Of a DNA stretch of 28,127 nt, positions 17,168 through 28,004 are shown piece by piece. Both the position numbers and the translations under genes were made by a program. The notes under the pieces are model-generated. The model saw only the letters and a list, made by a program, of their open reading frames with translations, ran no database searches and was not told where the DNA came from. The DNA lies in assembly GCA_034717975.1 (NCBI GenBank), contig JAYEMF010000001.1:1-28127 (forward strand), given 5' to 3'. The stretch's first letter is position 1, and the number at the start of each line of letters is the position of its first letter. This DNA is from Campylobacterota bacterium (lineage in GTDB: Bacteria > Campylobacterota > Campylobacteria > Campylobacterales > Sulfurimonadaceae).

Positions 17168-17566
17168 TTACTTACCAGTCGTTGTAACGTTTTCGTCTTT
17201 GATCTTAGCAACAAGATCTTTTGCAGATGCGCCAACAAGTTTAACAGCATTTACAGACTTGCCAAGCTTATGGACCGAACGAATCGTCTCCATTGTGATC
17301 TCGTCAAGTTCTGCAACCGCTTTGATGCGCTCTACGTTGATAACATAAGGTTTAACATTGTGAGATGTAAAACCGATTTTTGGCATACGCTTAGCCAATG
17401 GCTGTTGTCCACCCTCGAAGTTACGTTTACGTTTGTAACCTGAACGTGATTTCTGACCTTTGTTACCGCGCGTAGCAGTCTTACCCATACCACTACCCTG
17501 ACCGCGGCCAACACGCTTGCGTGATGACGTTGATCCGATGGCTGGTGTCAAGTTTTCAAGTGCCAT
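17168..17566 (-). CDS. rplO: 50S ribosomal protein L15
   Basis: [25 protein letters not shown]. Confidence 0.97.
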   Translation of the reverse strand: MALENLTPAIGSTSSRKRVGRGQGSGMGKTATRGNKGQKSRSGYKRKRNFEGGQQPLAKRMPKIGFTSHNVKPYVINVERIKAVAELDEITMETIRSVHKLGKSVNAVKLVGASAKDLVAKIKDENVTTTGK

Positions 17567-17568
17567 GA

Positions 17569-18012
17569 TTATCCTTTCAAGCGGCCAAGTGCTTCAACAG
17601 TAGCACGTACCACAGTATTTGGATTGTTTGAACCAATCGATTTCGTCAGGATATCAGAAATACCTGCAAGCTCAAGTACCGGACGCATTGCACCACCGGA
17701 GATAACACCCGTACCTTCTGATGCCGGCTTCATGATAATACGGCTTGCATTGTACTTGTGCTCGATATCGTGAGCGATCGTTGTTCCTTTGATGCTGACA
17801 GTAGTCAGATTTTTGAAGGCGTCATCCACTGCTTTGCGGATCGCTTCAGGAACCTCTTTCGCTTTACCTGTACCGTAACCGACAGTACCGTTTTTGTCAC
17901 CTACTACAACAAGTGCAGTAAAACGAAAACGGCGTCCACCTTTTACAACTTTTGTAACACGACCGATATTTACGATCGATTCTTCAAATTCTTCTTTATT
18001 GATAGTATCCAT
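17569..18012 (-). CDS. rpsE: 30S ribosomal protein S5
   Basis: [25 protein letters not shown] at 18012 preferred over TTG at 18015. Confidence 0.97.
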   Translation of the reverse strand: MDTINKEEFEESIVNIGRVTKVVKGGRRFRFTALVVVGDKNGTVGYGTGKAKEVPEAIRKAVDDAFKNLTTVSIKGTTIAHDIEHKYNASRIIMKPASEGTGVISGGAMRPVLELAGISDILTKSIGSNNPNTVVRATVEALGRLKG

Positions 18013-18022
18013 CAATCAGCCC

Positions 18023-18379
18023 TTAAAACTTAATTTCGTTTGCACGAAGTGCTTCTGCGAATGCAGCAACAACACCATGATAAACATAGCCGTTACGATC
18101 GAATACGATCTCAGTAAGACCAGCATCTTTCAGTGTTTTAGCAAATGCTTCACCCAATTTGGCAGCATCTTCTTTGTTGGCACGCAAACTAAGTGACTTA
18201 GAGTGGATAGCAGCCAATGTCGTACTTGCCGCATCATCGATCGCCTGAGCGCTCAAGTAACGGTTAGAACGGAAAACAGAAACACGAGGCTTCGTAGCAC
18301 AACCAGTGATATGTGCACGAATACGGCGCTTACGCTGAACGCGAGTAGCAGCTTTAGATTTTATTAATTTATTATTCAT
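18023..18379 (-). CDS. rplR: 50S ribosomal protein L18
   Basis: PRVSVFRSN, VFDRNGYVYHG. Confidence 0.97.
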   Translation of the reverse strand: MNNKLIKSKAATRVQRKRRIRAHITGCATKPRVSVFRSNRYLSAQAIDDAASTTLAAIHSKSLSLRANKEDAAKLGEAFAKTLKDAGLTEIVFDRNGYVYHGVVAAFAEALRANEIKF

Positions 18380-18390
18380 CTGTCTACCCC

Positions 18391-18927
18391 TTACTTCTTA
18401 GCAGTTTTACCGGCTTTACGCACGATATGCTCTTCCATGTATTTAACACCTTTACCTTTGTAAGGCTCTGGCGGACGGAATGCTCTGATCTCAGCGGCAG
18501 CTTGACCAACTTTTTGGTTGTCATTACCTTTGATCGTGATCACATTCTTCTCTACAGACATCTCAAGACCCTCTGCAATATCATAGTTGATATCGTGTGA
18601 GTGACCAAGTTGCAGGTTAAGAACCTTGCCTTTTACCGCAGCACGGTAACCGACACCGTTGATCTCAAGCTGTTTTGTAAAACCAGTCGTCAGACCAGTT
18701 ACAATGTTAGCCGCCAATGCACGGTAGGTTCCCCAGAATGCGCGATCTTCACGCTCATCAGAGTTTGTTGTGAATGTCAAAACATTCCCTTCAACGCTAG
18801 CACCGACATTACCAAGAGTATCTAGTGTACGTGTGTTCTTACCTTTTGTAAAAGTAATGACATTACCATCTACAGCAACTGTGATATCTGCAGGGAATTC
18901 AACAGGTTTTTTACCAATACGACTCAT
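18391..18927 (-). CDS. rplF: 50S ribosomal protein L6
   Basis: MSRIGKKP...[10 protein letters not shown]. Confidence 0.98.
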   Translation of the reverse strand: MSRIGKKPVEFPADITVAVDGNVITFTKGKNTRTLDTLGNVGASVEGNVLTFTTNSDEREDRAFWGTYRALAANIVTGLTTGFTKQLEINGVGYRAAVKGKVLNLQLGHSHDINYDIAEGLEMSVEKNVITIKGNDNQKVGQAAAEIRAFRPPEPYKGKGVKYMEEHIVRKAGKTAKK

Positions 18928-18937
18928 AACCTACCCC

Positions 18938-19333
18938 CTACCAGATTGTACACATGACTTCGCCGCCAATGCCAAGCTCGAAAGCTTTATCATTAGGGAG
19001 AACGCCTTTAGATGTAGACACGATGATCGTACCGTAACCATTTTTGAAACGTTTAATATCTGCAGCCGGCTTATACACACGGCGACCAGGCTTAGAAACA
19101 CGTTTCATCTCATTGATAACAGTTTTACCGTTTTCATCATACTTCAACACTACATTGATGCTTTTTTTAGCGCCATCTTCGATAACGTTAAAGCTTTCGA
19201 TGTAACCTTTGTCAACCAAAATACCAACTACTGCTTCAACAGACTTTGAGTGCATCAAAGTTGTTACATCAAGACGACGCATAGCAGCATTACGGATACG
19301 AGTTAGAGAATCCGAAATTAAATCATTAATCAT
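18938..19333 (-). CDS. rpsH: 30S ribosomal protein S8
   Basis: [27 protein letters not shown]. Confidence 0.98.
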   Translation of the reverse strand: MINDLISDSLTRIRNAAMRRLDVTTLMHSKSVEAVVGILVDKGYIESFNVIEDGAKKSINVVLKYDENGKTVINEMKRVSKPGRRVYKPAADIKRFKNGYGTIIVSTSKGVLPNDKAFELGIGGEVMCTIW

Positions 19334-19357
19334 TTATATTTTCCTTGTAAATCATTA

Positions 19358-19533
19358 GTAGTTTCTACCGAAACACACGTCAAAGAAGCTAAGCTCCTTT
19401 GACTACGTTAACACTTGGTTTGCTTCAGCAGCAGGCTCGCAACACTTGTGTTGCAAAAGCAACAAGTTGCGCGGGCTCTCTGCCGAAGAGAACTCAGCGT
19501 TAGCGCAGGTAGCTGTGCTTTTGCTCAGCTGCC
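19358..19533 (-). other. Highly structured non-coding element in the rpsN-rpsH spacer
   Basis: Four hairpins: 19361-19374, 19379-19403, long imperfect 19409-19502, 19508-19533. Confidence 0.65.
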
Positions 19534-19538
19534 GTATA

Positions 19539-19724
19539 TTACCATGAAGACTTTCTAACGCCTGGGATTAATCCCTCATTTGCCATTTTTCTAAAGCAAA
19601 CACGACAGATACCAAAATCACGAAGAACAGAGTGTGGACGACCACAGATCTGACAACGTGTATATGCACGTACTTTAAACTTTGGAGTACGTTGCTGTTT
19701 TGCGATCATTGACTTCTTAGCCAT
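19539..19724 (-). CDS. rpsN: 30S ribosomal protein S14, type Z (Zn-binding)
   Basis: 61 aa; RCQICGR...GICRVCFR. Confidence 0.97.
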   Translation of the reverse strand: MAKKSMIAKQQRTPKFKVRAYTRCQICGRPHSVLRDFGICRVCFRKMANEGLIPGVRKSSW

Positions 19725-20269
19725 TATTCTCTCCCTTTTGTAAATGGCATACCGAGTGCTTCAAGCAGCTCTAATGCCTCTTTATCGCTGTTAGCTGATG
19801 TAACAACGGTGATGTTCATACCATGGATTTGCATGATAGAATCATAATCTACTTCTGGGAAGATCAGCTGTTCAGTCAGACCGAAGTTATAGTTACCACG
19901 ACCGTCAAAACCGTTGCGGTTAATACCACGGAAGTCTTTTACACGCGGAAGTGCAATAGAGACAAGTCTGTCAAGGAACTCCCACATTTTAGTACCGCGC
20001 AGTGTTACTTTAACACCAACCGGCATACCTTCACGTACCTTGAAACCTGCAACAGATTTCTTAGCGATAACCGTACTCGCTTTTTGACCGGCGATAGCAC
20101 TGATAGTATCTTCAATATTTTGAATCAACTTGTTGTCTTTCATCGCGAAACCGGCACCAACACTGATAACGATCTTTTCAAGACCAGGAATCTGCATCGG
20201 GTTTTTGATCTCCAACGATGATTGAAGTTCTGGCTTAAGTGCTAGATATTTATCTTTTAATCTTGCCAT
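19724..20269 (-). CDS. rplE: 50S ribosomal protein L5
   Basis: [16 protein letters not shown]. Confidence 0.98.
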   Translation of the reverse strand: MARLKDKYLALKPELQSSLEIKNPMQIPGLEKIVISVGAGFAMKDNKLIQNIEDTISAIAGQKASTVIAKKSVAGFKVREGMPVGVKVTLRGTKMWEFLDRLVSIALPRVKDFRGINRNGFDGRGNYNFGLTEQLIFPEVDYDSIMQIHGMNITVVTSANSDKEALELLEALGMPFTKGRE

Positions 20270-20272
20270 AAC

Positions 20273-20503
20273 TTACGCCTCCACTTTACGAACATTTGAA
20301 GCATCAACAGGCATCTCTTTAGTCTGGAAGCCACCTTTTGGGTTCTCTTCCGTTGGCTTGACTGTTTTCTTAACAGTCTTAACGCCTTTAACGATTACCT
20401 TCTTTTTCTTTGGCAGTACTTCAAGAACTTCCGCTTTAGTGCCTCTGTCGTCACCAGCGAGGATCTCTACTGTATCACCTTTTTTGAAATTAAACTTTCC
20501 CAT
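20273..20503 (-). CDS. rplX: 50S ribosomal protein L24 (short form)
   Basis: KKGDTVEILAGDDRG KOW motif; position between rplN and rplE. Confidence 0.96.
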   Translation of the reverse strand: MGKFNFKKGDTVEILAGDDRGTKAEVLEVLPKKKKVIVKGVKTVKKTVKPTEENPKGGFQTKEMPVDASNVRKVEA

Positions 20504-20871
20504 TAAACAACCTCCGGAGCCAGTGAAACAATTTTCATGAAACCAGCATAACGAACTTCACGGCTGATTGGGCCGAAAATACGTGTACCGATTGGCTCTT
20601 TTTTAGCATCAAGGATAACTGCTGCATTGTCATCGAAACGGATCAAAGAACCATTTTCACGCTGTACCTCTTTTTTAGTACGAACGACAACCGCTTTAAC
20701 TACCTGACCTTTTTTAACTTTGGCAGTTGGTACCGCTTTCTTTACAGAAGCAACGATAACATCACCTACTGAAGCGTAACGGCGTTTTGAACCGCCAAGT
20801 ACTTTGATACACATGATCTCTTTTGCACCTGTGTTATCTGCTACGTTAAGACGCGTAAAACCCTGGATCAT
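20503..20871 (-). CDS. rplN: 50S ribosomal protein L14
   Basis: [31 protein letters not shown]. Confidence 0.98.
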   Translation of the reverse strand: MIQGFTRLNVADNTGAKEIMCIKVLGGSKRRYASVGDVIVASVKKAVPTAKVKKGQVVKAVVVRTKKEVQRENGSLIRFDDNAAVILDAKKEPIGTRIFGPISREVRYAGFMKIVSLAPEVV

Positions 20872-21119
20872 TACTCTGCTCCTGTTACGACGTTCTTCAA
20901 TCTGAAAGACTTAGTCTTAGAGAGTGGACGGCACTCGATAGCTACGATCTCGTCACCAACATTCAAGCTGTTGTTTTCATCATGTACCAGGTACTTTTTG
21001 AAACGCTTGATCGTTTTGTGGTAACGAGGGTGCATTACACGACGCTCAACAACGATTGTTGCTGTTTTGTCGCCTGCTTTCTTAACTACTACACCTTGAA
21101 TTTCACGTTTATGTGTCAT
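20871..21119 (-). CDS. rpsQ: 30S ribosomal protein S17
   Basis: [20 protein letters not shown]. Confidence 0.97.
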   Translation of the reverse strand: MTHKREIQGVVVKKAGDKTATIVVERRVMHPRYHKTIKRFKKYLVHDENNSLNVGDEIVAIECRPLSKTKSFRLKNVVTGAE

Positions 21120-21129
21120 AGTCTAACCC

Positions 21130-21315
21130 TTACTTCACTGCTACTAGAGCAGTGTTAATACGTGCAATTGTTTTTTTAACATCGCGAAGTTCGCTGGTGT
21201 TATTCAATTGCATCATTTTTTGCTTAATCTTCAGAGTGAAAAGCTCAGTTTTCTTCTCTTTCAAGAGTTTCTGAAGGTCTGCTGCCGATTTATCTGCTAA
21301 ATCAGTATACTTCAT
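21130..21315 (-). CDS. rpmC: 50S ribosomal protein L29
   Basis: ELFTLK...KKTIARINT; position. Confidence 0.95.
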   Translation of the reverse strand: MKYTDLADKSAADLQKLLKEKKTELFTLKIKQKMMQLNNTSELRDVKKTIARINTALVAVK

Positions 21316-21727
21316 TGTTCATCTCCGCTGTTACGATTTTCGTTTTAAACGGTAATTTGTGCATTGCAAGAAGAAGCGCTTCGCGAGCCACTGACTCGTT
21401 GACACCACCCATCTCGAAAATAATACGGCCAGGTTTAATGTTCATAACCCATTGATCGACTGCACCTTTACCTTTACCCATACGTACTTCAAGCGGCTTA
21501 GCCGTAAGCGGCTTGTCCGGGAAGACACGGATCCAGATCTTACCCTCACGTTTAATGTGACGGGTTGCCGCAATACGCGCTGCTTCGATCTGACGGGAGT
21601 TGATACGTCCGGCTTCTACCGCTTTAAATGCGATATCACCGAATGCCAACTTATAACCTGAACGAGCGTAACCGCGGTTACGTCCCTTCATCATTTTACG
21701 ATATTTAGTTCTCTTAGGCATTAACAT
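21302..21727 (-). CDS. rplP: 50S ribosomal protein L16
   Basis: [25 protein letters not shown]. Confidence 0.98.
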   Translation of the reverse strand: MLMPKRTKYRKMMKGRNRGYARSGYKLAFGDIAFKAVEAGRINSRQIEAARIAATRHIKREGKIWIRVFPDKPLTAKPLEVRMGKGKGAVDQWVMNIKPGRIIFEMGGVNESVAREALLLAMHKLPFKTKIVTAEMNNEVY

Positions 21728-21729
21728 GA

Positions 21730-22446
21730 TTATTCAGCCTTTCCGCTATCATCGCGACGTGGAGCACGTTTTGGACGACGCTCACGCTTCTCTTCTTTTG
21801 GCTCAGGCTGGATACCTTTAGCAAGTACCTCACCTTTGAAGATCCAGACTTTAATACCGATGATTCCGTATGTAGTCTGAGCTTCAGCGAAACCGTAATC
21901 GATTTTTGCACGAAGCGTATGAAGAGGAACACGTCCCTCTCGATACCACTCGGTACGTGCCATTTCAGCACCGCCAAGACGACCTGCAACGGCTACTTTG
22001 ATACCTTTGGCACCAGAACGAAGCGCATTCTGCATAACTTTTTTCATCGCACGGCGGAAAGCAATACGACGCTCAAGTTGAGTAGCAACATTCTCTGCAA
22101 CAAGCTGTGCGGAAGTCTGTGCTTTTTTCTCTTCTTTGATGTTAACAGAAACATTTTTACCGATAAGGTTCTGAAGGTTGTTCTTCAGCTTCTCGATATC
22201 TGCACCTTTTTTACCAATGATGATACCCGGACGTGCTGCAACGATCGTTACACGAAGACGTTTAGCAGTACGTTCGATGATAATGTTACTTACACCGGCA
22301 TAGTAAAGCTCTTTTTTCAGAAATGTTCTGATCTTATGATCTTCACCGAGGTTCGCAGGTGCTGTATCGAAACTAGGATACCAGCGAGATTCCCAGTTAC
22401 GGTTGATACCAAGGCGAATGCCGATAGGATTTACTTTATGACCCAT
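21730..22446 (-). CDS. rpsC: 30S ribosomal protein S3
   Basis: [33 protein letters not shown]. Confidence 0.98.
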   Translation of the reverse strand: MGHKVNPIGIRLGINRNWESRWYPSFDTAPANLGEDHKIRTFLKKELYYAGVSNIIIERTAKRLRVTIVAARPGIIIGKKGADIEKLKNNLQNLIGKNVSVNIKEEKKAQTSAQLVAENVATQLERRIAFRRAMKKVMQNALRSGAKGIKVAVAGRLGGAEMARTEWYREGRVPLHTLRAKIDYGFAEAQTTYGIIGIKVWIFKGEVLAKGIQPEPKEEKRERRPKRAPRRDDSGKAE

Positions 22447-22447
22447 A

Positions 22448-22765
22448 TTATTTGCCCTCTACTTCTACTAAGATGTGTGCTGTTGGTTTACGGATACCTG
22501 ATGCCATACCACGAGCACGTGGACGGAAACGTTTAAGTACAGGACCGTTGTCAACACGACAAGATGTGATCACACAATCTTCCGGCTCATTGCCGCTGTT
22601 AGCTACTGCAGATGCAACAACTTTAGCGATGATCTTTGCCGCTTTGTTTGGTGTGAACTCTAAAGCAGCAAGCGCTTCTTCAGCATTCATCCCTTGGATT
22701 TCACGTGCAATCAGACGAGATTTAGTCGGTGAAACACGGATATATTTCAATAGTGCTCTTGCCAT
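22448..22765 (-). CDS. rplV: 50S ribosomal protein L22
   Basis: [16 protein letters not shown]. Confidence 0.97.
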   Translation of the reverse strand: MARALLKYIRVSPTKSRLIAREIQGMNAEEALAALEFTPNKAAKIIAKVVASAVANSGNEPEDCVITSCRVDNGPVLKRFRPRARGMASGIRKPTAHILVEVEGK

Positions 22766-22767
22766 GA

Positions 22768-23043
22768 TTAAACCTTCTTCTGTACAGAGCCCTTGTGGCC
22801 CTTGAATGTACGTGTTGGTGCGAATTCACCAAGTTTATAACCGATGTGGTTCTCTGATACATAGACAGGAACGAACTGACGGCCGTTATGAACATTGATT
22901 GTAAGACCGATCATATCTGGAAGAACCGTTGAACGGCGGCTCCATGTTTTGATCGGCTTTTTGTTCCCGCTCTCTTTTGCAGCAAGAACTTTTTTCATCA
23001 GATGGTCATCTACAAATGGACCTTTTTTTACTGAACGAGCCAT
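22768..23043 (-). CDS. rpsS: 30S ribosomal protein S19
   Basis: [22 protein letters not shown]. Confidence 0.98.
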   Translation of the reverse strand: MARSVKKGPFVDDHLMKKVLAAKESGNKKPIKTWSRRSTVLPDMIGLTINVHNGRQFVPVYVSENHIGYKLGEFAPTRTFKGHKGSVQKKV

Positions 23044-23045
23044 AA

Positions 23046-23891
23046 TTAACCTACCCTTTTAGCATTTGGTTTACGACGTGTAATAATAAGCTTATCGCTA
23101 GCTTTTTTCTTACGTGTCTTAGCACCTTTAGTCGGTTTACCCCATGGAGTAACCGGGTGACGACCAGAGTTTGTCTTACCTTCACCACCACCGTGCGGGT
23201 GATCGATCGGATTCATCGCAGAACCACGTGTCTGAGGACGGATCCCCATGTGACGTGAACGGCCTGCTTTTGCAAAAACGATGTTAGCGTACTCTTCGTT
23301 ACCGACTGTACCGACAGTTGCAATACACTCACCAAGAATATAACGCATCTCTGAAGATGGCATACGAATTGAAACATACTTTCCATCACGACCCATGATC
23401 TGAGCAGATGTACCCGCAGAACGAACCATTTGACCGCCTTTACCAGGCTTGAGCTCGACGTTGTGTACGATTGTACCGATCGGGATATTTTTCAGTTTCA
23501 TCGCATTACCGGGCTTAATATCAAGCCCTTCCGCAGATGATTGGATCTTATCGCCTACATTCAAGTCTTTTGCTTGAATAATGTAGCGTTTTTCACCATC
23601 GGCATACGTGATCAGTGCGATACGACAGTTACGGTACGGATCGTACTCGATAGCTGAAACCGTACCAGGAATATCAAACTTGTTACGTTTGAAGTCGATG
23701 ATACGGTAAAGTTTTTTCGCACCCGCTTGCTTATGGCGAGATGTAATACGTCCACTGTTGTTACGACCAGCGTGAGCAGGAAGTTTTTTCAAGAGTGAAC
23801 GAACTGATGCCTTCGCTGTAATGTCTGAGCTGTCAATGTTAGTATAGAAACGACGGCTCGGTGTTATTGGTCTATAAGTTTTCATTGCCAT
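23046..23891 (-). CDS. rplB: 50S ribosomal protein L2
   Basis: [19 protein letters not shown]. Confidence 0.98.
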   Translation of the reverse strand: MAMKTYRPITPSRRFYTNIDSSDITAKASVRSLLKKLPAHAGRNNSGRITSRHKQAGAKKLYRIIDFKRNKFDIPGTVSAIEYDPYRNCRIALITYADGEKRYIIQAKDLNVGDKIQSSAEGLDIKPGNAMKLKNIPIGTIVHNVELKPGKGGQMVRSAGTSAQIMGRDGKYVSIRMPSSEMRYILGECIATVGTVGNEEYANIVFAKAGRSRHMGIRPQTRGSAMNPIDHPHGGGEGKTNSGRHPVTPWGKPTKGAKTRKKKASDKLIITRRKPNAKRVG

Positions 23892-23892
23892 C

Positions 23893-24174
23893 TTATACCG
23901 CCAAACTTTCGATTTGTGCGCCTTCTGGCAATTTCACGTAGAACTTTTTGAAATCGTTCTGCTTACCAGCTACACCACGGAAACGCTTAGTTTTACCGCT
24001 TTGGTTCAGTGAGTTTACTTTTGTCGGAACAATACCGAAGTACTCACGAAACACCTCTTTAAGACCGTTCTTCGTCATACGAGGAGAAGTCTGTACTACT
24101 ACAACACCCTCTTCTTGAAGACCAAGTGTCTTTTCTGTATACATAATTGATCTGATATCTGTAATATCTGCCAT
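23893..24174 (-). CDS. rplW: 50S ribosomal protein L23
   Basis: TEKT, KVNSL, KKFYVKL; position. Confidence 0.95.
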   Translation of the reverse strand: MADITDIRSIMYTEKTLGLQEEGVVVVQTSPRMTKNGLKEVFREYFGIVPTKVNSLNQSGKTKRFRGVAGKQNDFKKFYVKLPEGAQIESLAV

Positions 24175-24175
24175 C

Positions 24176-24787
24176 TTAACTCTCTTTAGTCAGATTTTCA
24201 AATACCGCTTTTTCGATAACGACAGCGCGATACGTAGATGCCAAGAAGGCATTGAGTTCATTCTCTTCAACCAGGTAAGTAGACTGGATATTACGGAAAG
24301 CCATGAAAGTCTTCTCATCGATGATAGACTTAACAAACAGCGCATCACGTGCACCGATCTTGTCAAACATCGCTTTAGCGTCTTTGGTTTTACCAGAAGC
24401 CACTTCGATGCTGTCAACAACAAACAGGGCACCGTTTTGAGCCAATGCATCAAGTGCAAAGTTCAAAGCCAGTTTCTTCTGCTTTTTGTTAACTTTCTGA
24501 TCGTAGTTACGGTTAGGTGTCGGTCCGAACATCTGTCCACCGCCAACCCAGATTGGAGAACGGCGAGAACCGGCACGAGCACCACCACGGCCCTTTTGAG
24601 CCCATGGTTTCTTACCACCACCACGTACTTCTGAACGGGTTTTAGTAGATGCCGTGTTTGAACGGATACTTGCTTGGTATGATTTAACATACAGGTAAAG
24701 GTTATGTGGGTTGATACCCGAAAAGCTCTCCGGAAGTGTTACTTCAGAGTCTTTTTCAAAATTTTCATTAAGTACAATTGCGCTCAT
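24176..24787 (-). CDS. rplD: 50S ribosomal protein L4
   Basis: [26 protein letters not shown]. Confidence 0.98.
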   Translation of the reverse strand: MSAIVLNENFEKDSEVTLPESFSGINPHNLYLYVKSYQASIRSNTASTKTRSEVRGGGKKPWAQKGRGGARAGSRRSPIWVGGGQMFGPTPNRNYDQKVNKKQKKLALNFALDALAQNGALFVVDSIEVASGKTKDAKAMFDKIGARDALFVKSIIDEKTFMAFRNIQSTYLVEENELNAFLASTYRAVVIEKAVFENLTKES

Positions 24788-25362
24788 TATTTAACAACCT
24801 TTACACGACCAAGTGCCCCGTTTGCGCCCGGGATTGAACCCGCAACAACCAGTACACCGTTTTCTGCATCGTAAGAGACTACTTCATTCTTAACGGTTAC
24901 TTTAACGTTACCGAATTGACCTGGCATCTTACGACCTTTTTGTACACGACCTGGCCACTCGGCATTACCGATTGAACCACCGGTTCTGTGAAAACGGGAA
25001 CCGTGTGCACCTGGACCACCAGCGAAATTCCAGCGTTTCATAACACCGCTGAATCCGCGACCTTTAGTGTCGAAAGAAGATTTAATCACTTTCGCTTCGC
25101 CAAGTGCGCCCATATCCAGCTCACCCGCTTCTTCATTTGTAACACTAATAGTTGCAAAACGATTGAACTCTGCAGAAAGACTGTATTTCTTCTGCTGACC
25201 TTCAATTGTTTTATTCATTTTTTTACCATCGCTGTAAGCAACGACCGCTTTACCATCATTGACTTCGCACACTTTCACTTCTTTGATCTTCAAAAGAGTG
25301 ACAGGAGTACTTGGTACTGTGATAGTACGGCTCATGCCGATTTTTTCAACAATATATTCCAC
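24787..25362 (-). CDS. rplC: 50S ribosomal protein L3
   Basis: [34 protein letters not shown] start. Confidence 0.97.
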   Translation of the reverse strand: MEYIVEKIGMSRTITVPSTPVTLLKIKEVKVCEVNDGKAVVAYSDGKKMNKTIEGQQKKYSLSAEFNRFATISVTNEEAGELDMGALGEAKVIKSSFDTKGRGFSGVMKRWNFAGGPGAHGSRFHRTGGSIGNAEWPGRVQKGRKMPGQFGNVKVTVKNEVVSYDAENGVLVVAGSIPGANGALGRVKVVK

Positions 25363-25372
25363 TGATTACTCC

Positions 25373-25684
25373 TTACTTGTCCATAGAGCGAACTTCAACG
25401 TCCACTTCCGGTGCAAGATCTAGCTTCATCAAAGAGTCAACAGTGTCCGGCGTAGCCGATACGATGTCGATCAGACGAGCATGCATACGAATTTCAAACT
25501 GTTCACGAGAATCTTTATTAACGTGTACAGACTTAAGAACCGTGTATTTACGGATCTTTGTTGGCAAAGGGATCGGACCGCGGATTTCCGCACCGGTACG
25601 CTTTACAGCTTCAACGATAGATGCTACTGAACGATCGAGTACACGATGATCATAAGCTCTAAGTTTCAAACGAATCTTTTCCAT
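25373..25684 (-). CDS. rpsJ: 30S ribosomal protein S10
   Basis: [14 protein letters not shown]...GPIPLPT; start ATG 25684 with AAGGA RBS (the ORF track over-extends it). Confidence 0.98.
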   Translation of the reverse strand: MEKIRLKLRAYDHRVLDRSVASIVEAVKRTGAEIRGPIPLPTKIRKYTVLKSVHVNKDSREQFEIRMHARLIDIVSATPDTVDSLMKLDLAPEVDVEVRSMDK

Positions 25685-25747
25685 ATTTTTTCCTTGTAAA
25701 GAACTCGTTGGATCAGGTCCAACTATATAAAGGGAAGCGGGATTATA
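25685..25747 (-). promoter_or_regulatory. S10 operon promoter (-10 TATAAT at 25747-25742) and short leader with hairpin
   Basis: TATAAT followed by GC-rich ccgc; leader hairpin gttgga-N5-tccaac at 25707-25723. Confidence 0.7.
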
Positions 25748-25902
25748 CCGAAGCAAGTCGTGAAACTCAAGGATTTAGGGGGTGAAATTGATAATTTATA
25801 ATAATTTATTTCCTTTTAAAAAGGAAATGAAAGAATTTGATACACTGAAATATAATGAAAAAGAAAACAGAATAAGCTTTTATACCGTTTCCCGGTTTAT
25901 TC

Positions 25903-26721
25903 CTATACCGGCCGAAGCAGATAATGACTGGCGGCATATAGCAGCATCGTCATGGCAAAATACCTCAAACTGACGGCAGCAAAATTGACTACCTGACAGC
26001 CCGTACAGGAGACCACACGGTTGGCTTCATATTTGGCATAGGCGAAATACCCGATATTCAGCAAGATCAGGGCAATATTGACATAATACTCAAAGGTATA
26101 GAGTGAGGCAATCGTCTCTGGTCCTGCATTGAACAGCGGGGCAAAAAGTGTCAAAAAGCCCAAAAACAGCAGTTTATTCATCATACTTTTAAAATACTCG
26201 CGCTTTGAGATGGGGCCGGAAGAATCAAATGTTCCCGCCACACCTGCTTGAGAGAGCTCTTTTTCGAGATCTTTACGTGCTTTTGGATTCATCTTCGTGA
26301 CAAAACTGCCGCCAAAGAGATAATCAAACTTTCGTTGGATCAGCAAAGAGAGTGCACCATCGGCTTTAAGTGACTGCCGGTTCCCTTCTCGATCCTGATA
26401 GATCAATGATATGCTCTCATAGCGATTGATCGTGCGCTCGGTATCGGGAAGGTAGAGTGTTCGCTCAACAGATTGCACTGAGCCATTTTTCCTGATGATA
26501 CGGGGGTTGATAAACTCAAGATAGTCCCCACTATCACCTTTAATGACTACAACCGAGCTCGGATAACCGATCTGAATAGCGGCAAGACCATCCGCACCGC
26601 TTGCCTCACTTGTCTCTTTCATATCGTCTATAAGATGATATAACTCCTCATCAAACACTCTTACATCTGCAGAAACCAAATCTATTCTGTCGTCTGGATA
26701 AGTCACTAACTCTCTAACCAT
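25903..26721 (-). CDS. Peptide deformylase-like protein lacking metal ligands, fused to a C-terminal three-TM domain with CxxC
   Basis: PDF fold cues (LVTYPD, LIDDMKET, GLAAIQIG, FINPRI) but EGCLS is replaced by ERTLY and HExDH by RKFDY; hydrophobic tail with SCTGCQ. Confidence 0.8.
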   Translation of the reverse strand: MVRELVTYPDDRIDLVSADVRVFDEELYHLIDDMKETSEASGADGLAAIQIGYPSSVVVIKGDSGDYLEFINPRIIRKNGSVQSVERTLYLPDTERTINRYESISLIYQDREGNRQSLKADGALSLLIQRKFDYLFGGSFVTKMNPKARKDLEKELSQAGVAGTFDSSGPISKREYFKSMMNKLLFLGFLTLFAPLFNAGPETIASLYTFEYYVNIALILLNIGYFAYAKYEANRVVSCTGCQVVNFAAVSLRYFAMTMLLYAASHYLLRPV

Positions 26722-26840
26722 ATGCTACTCACTTATAAATATAAGAGCGTATTATAGTGCTTAATTGGGCGTTAAATACAAATATATTTCCTTATTAGAA
26801 GGAAGATGTATAATTAGGAAGACCAAAAGATGAGCGGCAG

Positions 26841-27905
26841 ATGGAAATACTACTCGAAGAGTTTTACAAACAAGACCTTCATAACCCCTACTATGTTGAG
26901 CGCAAGACTCAACTCCATGAAGAGCATTCACAGATCATTGGAGTCAGCCAGAGCGGTAAAAGTTCTCTGATCAAGCACTACCTTTTGCAGCAGAAAAAAT
27001 CGACCTACCTCTATATTGACTGCAGTGATATTCGTATAGACGTTGATGCACTCAATAGCCATCTGCAGATTTTTTGCCTGGAGCACTCTATTGAGATCCT
27101 GGCACTGGACAACTATAATCCCGCCATTGTACTCCCTGCGGTTCAGCAGATATTGATTAGCGGTGAACAGCTGTTCACATTGGAGGGGTTTGAGCTGATC
27201 CGGCTCTATCCCCTTGATTTTGAGGAGTTTCTAGCCTATGAGCACAAGTTCGACTCTACCGCCTTGAACCACTACCTGCAGCTTGGCGGTTTTCCGGCCA
27301 TGCACCGTACTCCTTCGGAGGATCGTATCCCTACGCTTCAGCGAACACTCCAACATGCATTGAGTGATATTGAGTTCTCCCTAATCTGGCTCATTACCAA
27401 GATGGCTTCTCAAAAGGTATCTGCCTTCGCCCTCTATGAGCGGCTCAAAAGTGAACGGCGTATCTCTAAAGATATGCTCTATAAGAGTATGGAACAGCTG
27501 ATTGACAAGGGGTATGTCCATCAGGTCGAGAAATTCTCCCATACCCGAGCCACTAAAAAGCTCTACCTCTGCGACATCGCGATCAAACATGCCCTTACAA
27601 CACAAAAACACTTTGGACGCCTCTTTGAGAACCTCATCTTTCTTGAGCTGCTAAAGCATGACCATTCTATCTATTATGCTGAGAGTATAGATTTCTATCT
27701 GCCAACAGAGAACCGTGCCATTTTATGCATGCCCTTTTCCAATAAAGAGATGCTTTTTAAGAAGATCGAAGGCATTGAGGGCTTTCTGGTCACCCATCAG
27801 GTCAGTCGTGTCGAAGTTGTCACTATGAGCTCCGAAGGAGAACTGCATCACCCCTTTGCTGATGTCGAGATGATGCCATTTGCTATCTGGGCACTGCAAG
27901 AATAG
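26841..27905 (+). CDS. AAA_14/DUF4143-type ATP-binding protein
   Basis: GVSQSGKS Walker A, LALDN Walker B-like, LYPLDFEEF, GGFP, KKLYLCD, LFENLIFLEL, IDFY. Confidence 0.85.
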   Translation: MEILLEEFYKQDLHNPYYVERKTQLHEEHSQIIGVSQSGKSSLIKHYLLQQKKSTYLYIDCSDIRIDVDALNSHLQIFCLEHSIEILALDNYNPAIVLPAVQQILISGEQLFTLEGFELIRLYPLDFEEFLAYEHKFDSTALNHYLQLGGFPAMHRTPSEDRIPTLQRTLQHALSDIEFSLIWLITKMASQKVSAFALYERLKSERRISKDMLYKSMEQLIDKGYVHQVEKFSHTRATKKLYLCDIAIKHALTTQKHFGRLFENLIFLELLKHDHSIYYAESIDFYLPTENRAILCMPFSNKEMLFKKIEGIEGFLVTHQVSRVEVVTMSSEGELHHPFADVEMMPFAIWALQE

Positions 27906-27958
27906 GGAAGAGGGAAGAGGGAAGAGGGAAGAGGGAAGAGGGAAGAGGGAAGAGGGAA
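27904..27958 (+). repeat. Perfect heptamer tandem repeat (AGGGAAG) x7 plus 6 nt
   Basis: Directly visible; 55-nt all-purine tract starting within the ATPase stop codon. Confidence 0.97.
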
Positions 27959-28004
27959 TGGTGACAATTCTTTATTTTAATCTGCCTTGTTTTACAATAG
28001 CAGC

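Noticed and set aside
17566..17569. Absence of rpmD (L30) between rpsE and rplO
   Set aside because: Real, but a known trait of Campylobacterota rather than a novelty.
25685..25973. N-terminal extension of S10 (to 25756) and the 63-aa ORF 25782-25973
   Set aside because: The extension covers the promoter and leader while the true start at 25684 has an RBS; the small ORF lies in AT-rich promoter DNA and overlaps the deformylase-like gene antisense.
27904..27958. CRISPR array
   Set aside because: Head-to-tail heptamers without spacers; no cas genes or repeat-spacer pattern anywhere in the window.
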